Positions 1-10,000 of a DNA stretch of 37,639 bases are shown here, piece by piece. Origin of the DNA: Peribolospora baueri (taxonomy: Eukaryota); NCBI GenBank assembly GCA_029717555.1, contig JAMDHS010000051.1, forward strand, positions 124,001 to 161,639, in the 5' to 3' direction. A program made the translations under genes and the position numbers. How positions within the stretch are numbered: the first letter of the stretch is position 1; each line of letters opens with the position of its first letter. The notes under the pieces are model-generated. The model ran no database searches. It was not told where the DNA came from and saw nothing but the letters and a program-made list of their open reading frames with translations.

Positions 1-23
1 ATTGAGTGTAGGGACACCTGCAT

Positions 24-2436
24 TCAAGCCGAGCCGAGGAAGTGTCTGAGACCGTACAAAAGCACCCTGCCTCGCTGATTACCGATGGCCACGTACTCGC
101 TCTCTCGCGAAAAATCGAGCGATGTTACGTGGCCGAGAGGAGTACCAGAGGTAGGCCAGTTTGAAAAGATTGTGAGCGAGGGTAGGTGAACCTGAACGAT
201 GGTAACGTCCCAAAGAAGATCAGCCGATGTCAGATAGCTGATAGACGCGACAAACCGAACACCGCTACGCCTCGACTTTGCTCACCATCCTCAACGCGTC
301 CTTCTTCGCCCTGCTGGCGATGGCGAGCACCTGTGAGTCATGGTTGAAGCGCATGGTGGAGATGGACGTGCTCAAGTTGTCGATCGCTCGGTTCGGCTTG
401 CGCAGAGGAGCATCGCCCGCAGAGGCGGTTGCAGGTGCCGTGAACGGGGAGGCGACGGAATCGAACATGTTAACGATGCCCATCGTCGATCTTTCCATCA
501 AAAGAAGAGAAAACGTGGACCAGCGATAAGAATCAGTCAGAAAAAGCTCCAAACAATTGCGCCTTTCCATTCCGTCAACTCACCCTATAGCAGTATACCG
601 CCCACTGGGGTCCACCTCCAAGCGCGTCGGCCCGAACCCTCCATCATCCCTCCACCTACTGACACATCTCCTCGAGCCGACGTCCCACACATACACCTCG
701 CTATCCTTGCTGAGCGTAACGAGTTCTCTTCCGCCGTTCGCAAACGCAAAGTCCTCGACATGCGAGTTCATTTTAATGCTCCCTACCATCTGAGCGCCCG
801 CTCCCGAGCTCGAGGTTGAGCCCCAGTCCATGAGGTGGACGTAGCCGCGTCGAGAAGCAAGAGCAACTAGCGAACCATCTGGGCTGAATCTGACCTTGCT
901 CAGATCCCTCTCCTCGTCCCCACCGCCTCCTCCTCCTCCGCTTCGCCCAATATGCCTCCCAGCATGGGCGGTACCCCACAGTCCTCGGGAGGAACGAGCG
1001 ATACGACCGGATTGGAGGTCGTACGTATAGAAAAAGGGGCGTTGACCTGTGAGAAGAATAGAGTTGCCGGAAGGGTGAAAGCGTGCGCTATGGATTGGCA
1101 GGTCGGGTATAAGGATGGAGGAGAGGAGAGGGTTCCTGTTTCCGTCGATCTGTAAGAGGGGAGAGAGAAGGGAGACGCCGGAGAGAGACAGGATTGGTTC
1201 GGAACGAAGCAGGCTGCATCTGGAGACATAGAAAGCAACGCACATGAAATAACCGCAGGTGCTTATCCATCCCAGCCGTCAAGAGCACTTGTACTTGAGG
1301 ATGGAACTCCACCGAGGTGATAGCCGACTGTTTAACAGTAGCAAACGGCGACATTGACAATTCATTTGGGACATGGCATCAGCACCGAAGAAATGAGCCA
1401 CCGATTCGTGGCAGTTGAGAAATGGAGAAAAGCAAAGGGGGACACTCACATCGCTAACAGCAGCCTGGTTCGCGTTTCTCAGCCTCTCTACCTCTAGAAC
1501 GCCTTTCGCCAACCGACCGCCCCGCCGTCGACCCGCTCCTTCCCCATCGCGGATGATACCACCCGTTTCACGCATTAGCTGAGCCATATCTTCGTCCCCA
1601 GCCGCCACTCGACCGTCCTCGTCCACCTCTTCTTCCTCATCCTCGTCGGAAACGAAGCTACTGGCCGGACGCTTGTCTTTACGACGCTTCGTTGCCCACG
1701 CGGGAGCTGGGTTAATCTTTTGGAACCTGAACGGGGCAAGGACGAGACGTCAGAACAAAGGAGAAACTTATTGTCACCCCCAGCGTGCACAAACGACGCA
1801 TTTCCGGAGGAACAAGAATGAGGACGATGAAGACAACACTCACTGTTTCCTCAACCTCAGCTCATACTCTCTCCCCCCCACGTCTTTCTCATCAGCCGAC
1901 TCCCTCAACTTCCTAAGTCTCGATGCGCCTTTCCCAGCTTCACTCTTCCGACCAGTCAAGGAGATCGTGAGCCGCTCGTCGTCCGGGTCGTCCCAGGCCG
2001 AGCGGGAGGACTTGGCGACCGAGAGAGAGTCAAGCACGGCAGCGATTTCGGTTGAAGACCGACCTGACCCTTCCTCTTCGCCTTGGTCCTCCTCTGCTTC
2101 TCGCTCATTATCTGAACCTTCTTCCCCCTCCACGTCGCTTGCGGATCGTCCAATGCCGTCCCCGAAGGTATCAATCACGAACCCCAGCTCATCTCCTGCG
2201 CCCACCTCGCCATCGTGCTCTTCTCCGGGGCTGTATCTTGTCCCAATAGGGGTATGTCCTGCTCCAGCAAGATTGCCAAATAAGCTCGCCTCGAGCGCCA
2301 GCTCTTCCTCGTCCTTCTCCGCCGTTGGGTCCCCTCCGTCATCCGCAGCACCGAGGGGTTCAGAGGCAGCGTCGGCGGCGGAATGCGGGGCAAGAGACAG
2401 GCGGCGCCGTTTTGAAACAGGCTTGGCGGGTGGCAT
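24..2436 (-). CDS. UTP18: U3 snoRNA-associated WD40 protein Utp18 (SSU processome), 6 exons, ~630 aa
   Basis: Exons 2436-1844, 1726-1450, 1327-1244, 1149-584, 490-286, 191-24, all with GT-AG borders and consistent phases. Utp18-like motifs: AWDDPDDERLTISL..RLRKLR..E..GREYELRLRKQF.KINPAPAW, RLRNANQ, SVEFHP..LLTAG.D..LRLFHIDG..NP, KDALRMVHLPSLTIFSNWPTSGTPLGHVT. Confidence 0.93.
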
Positions 2437-2777
2437 GGTGATGAGGGAAACAAAGGACGGAATGGAAAAAGGAGAGTCTGTCTTGTCTGTCGTCTTTCGG
2501 ACGACTTGCTATCGTCTCCGCCAGAATTCTTTCCTTCCCTCTACCGCTGGCTCTGAACTTTTTTTGCTGCGGCGGCCATGCACCTTTTTACCGCTTAACT
2601 CCGTGATTCGGCAAGCTAATGAGGACGCATGAACGTTGCCTAGCGAGAAGAACGTCGTCCGTCGGAAGCTTCGCCGGCACTCAGACCTCCACACCATAAA
2701 TCGTTTCTCTTCCCGCTGCCCAGCAAAAGGTCCTTATCTTAAGAGCTCCGTCTAGGACCACAACAGTCACGATCAGG
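2437..2777. promoter_or_regulatory. Compact divergent (bidirectional) promoter region shared by UTP18 and HEM3
   Basis: Only 341 bp separate the two divergent ATGs. A CATAAAT TATA-like word lies at ~2695 before HEM3, with T-tracts at ~2558 and ~2584. Function inferred from geometry. Confidence 0.6.
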
Positions 2778-4190
2778 ATGCAGCAGGTCCATCAAAACGG
2801 CCATGCCCACCCGTCGAATGGGCACGAGCCCTCGCCAGCCGCCGACAAGTCCCGAACACTCGTCCTCGCCTCCCGGTCCTCTCAGTTGGCGCTCGTCCAG
2901 GCGAACCTCGTGCGGTCTTCGCTCTCGAAGGCCTTTCCCGAGTTTGGCTTCCCCATCACTTCCATGGCCACTAGTGGAGACATGAACCAAACCTCGCCAC
3001 CGTGGGCTATCGGGGAGGGCAAAGCACTGTGGACCAAGGAGCTCCAAGACGCTCTGCTGGCTGGAAAGGTAGATGCGATCGTGCACTGTCTTAAGGACAT
3101 GCCGACGACGCTACCGGATGGGTGTCGGTTAGGCGCTGTGCTCCAACGGGAGGATCCTCGCGATGCGCTTGTGGTCAAGAAAGGATTGCCTTACAAGGTG
3201 CGTGCCTTCTCTCTCAGCCCCGTCGGTCGTCCGGCTTGCTCTGACCACGCGGGAATCTTCACGATTACGTCTCCTTGCGCCCAGACACTGGAAGAGCTGC
3301 CGGAGGGGAGCGTTGTTGGAACGGGAAGCGTGCGTCGGGTGGCTCAGCTTCGCAAGGCGTATCCTGGCCTCGTGTTCTCCGACATTCGTGGAAACCTGTG
3401 AGTTCGCCCGCGTACCTCAGTTGTCTCCGTTGGCTCTCGGCTGGTCTAAATGTGCTTCCGAAAACTTGGGCTTCTATTTGCTAACCTCGGCCTGCTTCTG
3501 TACGTACTCCCAACCAGCAACACCCGATTGAAAAAGCTCGACGCGCCCGATGGTCCTTACTCCGCTCTCGTCCTCGCGGCTGCGGGTCTCGTCCGACTCT
3601 CGTGGCATGCGCGCATCACCTCGTACCTCTCCTCTCCCATTCTTTTTCACTCGGTCGGCCAAGGGGCTCTAGCCATCGAGATCAGAGATGCTTCTTCTTC
3701 GGCACCAGGAAGCCGAGACGCTAAGATTCAAGAGATGATTGAGAGCATGGCCGATTGGAGGTCGACGTGGAAGGCGGACGCGGAACGAAGTCTTTTGAGG
3801 GAGCTCGAGGGAGGATGTTCCGTGCCCATTGGCGTGGAAACGTACTTTGACGATGAGGGAGACGCGGCGCCTTCGTCTGGTGCGCAGGTCGTCGCTTCCT
3901 CCCCCCCGACCGACAGTGCGACCATCCCCGATAGCGGCACGCCGCCACTGGCCCCCGCCCCAGATCCTGTCCCTCCTACAGAAGGAGCGACACTGACGCT
4001 AAAAGCCGTCATCACCTCTCTCGACGGTCAGCGCTCCTCGTCCGTATCCGTCCATCGACACATCAAGACCAACAAGGACGCCCGCGCCCTCGGCGTCGAG
4101 GCAGCGGAGCAGCTCCGTACGATGGGGGCGACGGCGATACTCGAGGAGGTGGAGGCTGCGAGGGCAAAAACCGGCAATGGCCGGACTTGA
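2778..4190 (+). CDS. HEM3: Porphobilinogen deaminase (hydroxymethylbilane synthase), 3 exons, ~401 aa
   Basis: Exons 2778-3197, 3285-3397, 3518-4190. Motifs SRSSQLALVQ, GKALWTKEL, VHCLKDMPT, REDPRDA, GTGSVRR, IRGNLNTRL, VGQGALAIE, and LEGGCSVPIG (dipyrromethane-binding Cys). Confidence 0.96.
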
Positions 4191-4785
4191 CCACTAGAAG
4201 GGTTTACGGCTCATTCAACTCTGCAGCTCGTTCGTTCGCTCATGGCAGACGACACAGGGCCTTGTCGGCCTCCGTACAATTTGTTTATTATAAATATAGA
4301 CGTTATGCTTATCTCAATCATGTTTAGATTTGGTATGAAGTGAGCATTCTCCAATTAAATAACAATGGAGAATGTTTCTAATTGGTAAAAATGTCGATGT
4401 ACAATGCAGATCGCGAGTCCGTATCGGGCTGGTATGCATTCTTCGTCGCGTTTCGCGTTGTTCCATATGTCGTACATACACGATGGATGATGGTTGGATT
4501 GAGGACCTGCTTCGTCAGGACGATGTCGCTTCCTGTGTATAATTTGCTGTTCGCGAACAAGGGATGACATACTCTAAAAGATCTTGCTCGTCGAGAGAGG
4601 CAGGAGGGAGCTGCTGACATACGTGAGGAGGGACCGAAGCGAGTCTAAACACATGAGCAACTCCTTGTCCCTTGTCCCTTGTCCGTCTTTGTGTGCTGCG
4701 GCGAATCTTTCCGCAGCAACGGCCTGATCGGCCGTGCTCTTGGGGACGCCGGCCTCCTGTCGAATACATCCTAATGAGCAACACC

Positions 4786-6022
4786 ATGGCTTTTTCCGCC
4801 TCTTTGCGCGTTCCTTTTGGTGCTCGGATGGTACGGCAGGCTCTACGAGGTGAGTTATATGGACGTGGGGTTTTGTCCATTGAGACTCAGTCCATCCGTC
4901 GCAAGGAGCGAGTACCTCACACATGCGGACCTTTGCCCTGTCCTAAACTTCGACTTGCAGCTGCGAGATGGAGCCCGCGAGCGGTTGCTCACAGGTTCAG
5001 CACTCCCGCGCTATTATCTCTTGCCCCTCCTCATGACCTCGCTTCTTCACCCTATCATGTCCCCCTTGTGCGACCATTTTCCTCAACCACGACCCGCTCG
5101 GCCTTCCACTTTGACACGAACCAGTTCGTAACCAGGCTGGAAGAGGAGGGCCTGTCTCGGCAGCAGGCTGAGGGCATCATGAACGCTCTAAGCGAGGTCA
5201 TCGAGGAGAGCATAGCGAATATGAGCGCGGGCCTTGTGAGCAAAGCGGAGGGAGAAAAGGTAAGGACAGAACTGGTCCACATCTATCGTCGTCTAGTCCT
5301 GACGGGCGCGCATAAGCGGATGTGTGGAGTGTAAATGATTTATTTTTGTCTACCCTGCACGAATCTTCTCAGCAACGATATACCCAGAAGGTGAGCATGG
5401 TGACCGTATGAGACCCTCTGCCTATGATGTCAGTAACTCATCATCTCTTTATCTCGCCCGCACGTGCACAGGTTGATTTCGCCCAGCTAAAGTCGGAGAT
5501 CCAGCTGGTTGAACGGAACGACTTTCAGCTGATGAAGAGCGAAAACGAGCGGTTGCGAGCGGACGTGGAGAAGCTCAAGCAGAAGTTAAGGGAAGAGATC
5601 ACTAGGACGACGGCCGGTGTCAGGCTGGACTTGAACTTGGAAAAGGGTACGCAGGCGTTTTCTCAATGCTGTGCCGCTCTTCCTGCTACGCCAAGTGAAC
5701 ACGTTCCTTTTCGCCACCGCTCCTACTTCAGGTCGTATACGCGATGAGTCCTCGGTTCACGCCCTGAAGATCAAAGAGGTGGACACGCGCATCGAGTCTG
5801 AGATCGCAGGCCTGCGAACACAGATCCAGACGACAAAGTTCAACGTGCTCCAGTACCTCGTCGGTGTCGCCACCGGTGCCGGAGCATTGCTTCTCGGTAA
5901 GGTTTTGGCGAGCTCGCCCGCCGCCGCTTTCCGCTAGGTCTCGTATGGATCCGCCTGCAGGCCGCCGCTGACCTAGACCGCTTCAACCTCTTCGCACAGC
6001 CTATCTGCGGATGTTCAAGTGA
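4786..6022 (+). CDS. FMP32: DUF1640 / CCDC90-MCUR1 family mitochondrial coiled-coil protein (FMP32-like), 6 exons, ~247 aa
   Basis: Exons 4786-4849, 4961-5259, 5373-5390, 5472-5646, 5732-5896, 6000-6022. Arg/Ser-rich presequence, HFDTNQFVTRLEEEGLSRQQAEGIM, YTQKVDFAQLKSE, AGVRLDLNLEKGRIRDE, C-terminal TM ending AYLRMFK. Alternative in-frame ATG at 4774. Symbol is by family resemblance; orthology is untested. Confidence 0.88.
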
Positions 6023-7098
6023 ACGCGCGATAACGCCTCTATTTGTTTGTTGTCACCGCACGATACCCATTTCCGACATCGTAGGTACTGGTTCCTGTCT
6101 CAGCTCGTCGAACATGGCTGTGTTCTTATCCCGCGCCTTCAGGGAACGCGCCTGGCTCCCTATGTTGTACTCTAGACTTGCGCTTGCGTAGATACTTCTT
6201 CATCCCACTCTTGCTGGCCCAGCATCCCGGCTGGTAAATCTACGACGTACCATCTCCCACCTGAACAGAAAGCTGGTCTGTCTGTCTGTCTGTCATCTAA
6301 GCGGGGGCTGCTGGCGTCAGGGAGGGAACGGAGGGTGGGTCTTATTTACTTTACTTTGCCCACCGCCCCTCCTGACGATCAACTCTGTTCTGGGGACGCT
6401 CACTACTAGCCCCAGGGGGGAGCGGAGCGCCGACTCTGCGCCGCTCTCGTCGTTCATCAGCACCGATGAACCATCCATCCATCCTTTCCATGCGCCGTAC
6501 TGGAGGCGCTCCCTTCGTTCGTCGACCGACCGACCGATCGTCTCTCTCACCGACGTCGCTGTCGTCGTCATCGGACCGCTTCTCAAAAGACGACCGCCGA
6601 CCGGACCGGCGCGTCGCATTGTCTTCCCACCCCCCCCCCCCCCCCCGGGGAAAAAGTCGAGATGAGATGAGATGGAGATTGGCCCGGTGGGTGGGCACGA
6701 ACGGAGCGCAGTCGACCTTCGCGTCTGCCGCTTCGGCATCATTAAAGAAAGGGCGACAGGGACTAAACTAGACAATGCCGAAGAACGAAACCATGTACGG
6801 GGTTGGAAGAGGGAAAGAGGGATAGGCTAGAGTGAACAGCGGGCACATAGAGACTGGACGCGCGCGGTCGGATGGGGGATACATGGACAATAGTTACTAC
6901 GCAGATAGATGCTCGACGAGACGTGTGAGACGGAAGAACAAAAAAAAAAGCCGAGTGCAGGAATAGGGACGCCGTTGTCGACGAGGTGGAAAAGCAAAAT
7001 TAGTGTGGGTGGGGCGGGTGGACGGTGCGTCGCTCGCTCAAGTGAACATGGTGTGAAGGAAGCTCGATGAGGCAGGCCATCATCTACTTTGCCGACGC

Positions 7099-10000
7099 TT
7101 AGCGGCCAGCGACAGGCATGCAAAGAACTGTATCGTAGTCAAACGGCCTCGCCCTCTCTCCGGACGACACGAGGTCGCTCCAGAGGATAGGATCTCCCCT
7201 CTTCAAGACCCGCCACCGGCTCTTGTTGTCGTCCGCGTCCGCGTCGTCGTCGTCCGATGGCTTGTTGCGCCGTCGGTCGGTTTGCTGCGTCCGAGTTTGG
7301 GTGTGAGCGGCATAGGCGGCGGCTGCGGCGTCGTCAGCTTGGACTTGGACTTGAGAGTTGGAGCGAGAGTGGGCCCATGGGTCGGAGCTGTAAGTGTATG
7401 TCGTGTTGACCGTCGGCTGAGCTTCCAGGCGCGGGACGGGAGGACCGCCGTTGGGAGACGGGACCAACTGGTAGGTGTAGTACTGGGCCAGCGGTCGCAT
7501 GAACCCTGCGGGAGCGGCGGACTGCTGTCGGTGATAGTCGGCATCGGACGACGACGACGCCAGACCGGTGTCCTTGCACTCCTCTTCCTCCTCTTCACCG
7601 TACTCTTCCTCTCCTCCCTCGTCCCCCGAAGCCGAACTGGTCGCATACGAGCTCCGGTCGGAAAAGATGGACGGAGGGTTAAATGAAGAGCTGGAGGCGG
7701 TGGAGGAGGATGAAGACGAGTCGCTGGAGCGCATGCCGGGGTCACTGGTCGGTCGAAGTCGGAGATGGACTTCGTGGCCAGCAGCAGCAGCAGCAGCAGC
7801 AGCACCAGCTCGACGAGCAGCCCTTGCGCCTCGTCGCGGCGACGACGCTGAGATGGGGACGGATGGCATAGGCATGGGAGGCGGACGAGCCCGCACGCCT
7901 GGCTCTCCGGGCACCCATCTCCGCTGCCTCACCTTGACTTCACCGCAGTGAAAGACGAACCGATGACCGCTGGACGCGCGTTCGTTCTTGATGACCGAGC
8001 TCGTGCAGCGAGCGCACGGGGCAATGATCGTATAGCCGACAGCGGCGCCGCACGTGTAGCACCCGAGCGACTGGGTGAGGCACTCGCAAGTCCGCTCCGC
8101 GGGCCGGTCGGCCGGCGTGCGGGACTCGGTCGAGGGGAAGGGATAGAGCGGACCGCAGTTAACGGGCGGGGCGTCGGTGGAGTAGAGGGTGAGACTTGGC
8201 TCGAGGAGAAGAATGGCCTGCGAAGCGCAAAGGACGAAGGATGGGGGAAGTCGGTCAATACAACAGCCAGAGAACATCAGATGATGACCAGGTCCCAAAT
8301 GCTCGCTCACCTTCATCCCTCGATCGCTGAGGAAAGTGCCACAGGATCTGCAGTCGAGAAGGAATACCTTGTGCTGCTGTACCCTTTCCTTCTCCCTTTC
8401 CCTCTCCGCCGACCGCGGTTGCTGCAGTCGTAGATGGTCCTGCAAGCCTTCTTGCAGCTCCTGCCGTGGCTGCTCCTGTTGTCGTCGCTGTTGCTGTTGT
8501 TGCTGCTGCTGTTGACGTTGCTGTTGCCGTTGTTGGGACTGTTGCTGCTGCTGTTGGGACTGTCGCTGCTGCTGTTGCTGCTGCTGTTGCTGCTGCTGTT
8601 GCTGCTGCTGTTGCTGCTGCTGTTGCTGCTGCCGCTGCTGGAACTGCTGCTGTTGCTGTTGTTGTTGTTGTTGCTGCTGCTGCTGTCGCCGACGCTGAGA
8701 CTGCTCCCGATCGCTCCTGACCTGGCCGTTCGGAGCCTGAATGACCGCGCGCACTCGCTGCCGGTCCTGCTCCACCCGCGCTCGCACGCGCGCCCTTGCC
8801 TCCATCTCCGCGTATCGACGGTAGAGGGCGGCCTCGTCGCGGGTGAATCCAGAGAGGGAGATGGTCTCCGTGTGGGTGGGTCGCCCGGGCGTGGCTTGGT
8901 GGTGAACGGTGAGAGGCGGCGGGGGGTTGGGGTCGGCGAAGATGGGGAACGTTGTGTGCACGGCTCCCCGAATGGGGCCGATGGCCGATGGAGGGAAGTG
9001 GACGGTGTGGGTGGTCACGGGAACATTAAGACGCTCGGGCACTGCTCGTGGATGGATGAGATCGTAAGGTAGGTGTGCCGGGTAGCCTGGAGTGATCGTC
9101 ACAGTTTCCGGCGCGATGGCCGGTGTGGTTGTCGGCGTGGCTGTCGTCGTGGTCGCCGCTTGCTGTTGAGACCTGCTCATGGGGCGGAAGCCGCCGACAG
9201 ACCCGTCCGTCCTGATCGAGTTCGCTTGCGCTTGTCGCTGCTCCTGCGTGTGCGTCATTGGCACCTGGGCAGCGAACGTGAACGTCGTCGGACAGGTTCA
9301 CGGCGGGTTAGGTGGGGACGCTCGAATGGTCAGCGAGACGCCTGGTCGAAAGCGGAGATAGGTTAAAGGCGGTAAGCGATCGACTGGTGGGGCGAATCGA
9401 AAGCGAAGGGCGGCGGTGAGAGGGCGGAGTGGATGAGGATGTGATGCACGGAGACATCAAGGAGGAAGGGGGAGGGAGGAGGGAGGAGGGAGGAGGGAAA
9501 GAGGCGTGGCGAAATAGGGTGAGACGGGACGACGGATGTCAGCGCGTTGGGGGAGAGGGAGGTCTCAGATATATATATGACGGACATGACCTAGGGCGAT
9601 CCTGGCCCGCATAGTCAGTCAGGTGACGAACGACTGCGAGACAAACAGTCGTCTATGTGGCGATACGTCCGCGCGGTCACAAAGTCACTCACGACGTGGC
9701 TGAGCGAACGAAGGGAGCGTCGAATCCGGTCCTGGGGCGCTCGCTGCGAGTCGAAGGAGAAAATAAGAGGGCGCTACAAGAGAGGAAGAAGGGGAAGATG
9801 GAGGAGGAAGGAGAAAAGAGATGAACGACGGTGCCTATGATGTGCGGGTTGCTGCTGCTTGCTATGCTGTGGCGCGGGTGGGGCGAGTAAGTAAGACGAG
9901 GGAAGAAGTGTCGAGGCAAGAAATACAGTGGATGTCGAGAACGAGAGGGGAGAGGAGACGAAGAGGTGAGTGGAGGAAGAGAAGAAAAGAGCGGAGAGGA

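Noticed and set aside
1673..2632. 319-aa plus-strand ORF antisense to UTP18, and similar antisense ORFs at 8434-9072, 14050-14676, 32492-33274 and 37038-37592
   Set aside because: Shadow ORFs of GC-rich coding sequence; their composition mirrors the sense codons (poly-Ser, poly-Leu) and they show no motifs.
4188..4293. Stop-codon readthrough or cryptic peroxisomal PTS1 isoforms, as known in Ustilago
   Set aside because: No gene here has the TGA-CTA context (HEM3 is TGA-CCA and its extension ends in CLL), and no SKL-type terminus appears.
9569..9578. (AT)5 as a TATA box for the FAM72 gene
   Set aside because: It lies just inside a GTCCGT-initiated intron in the in-frame splice model. It remains a fallback if that model fails.
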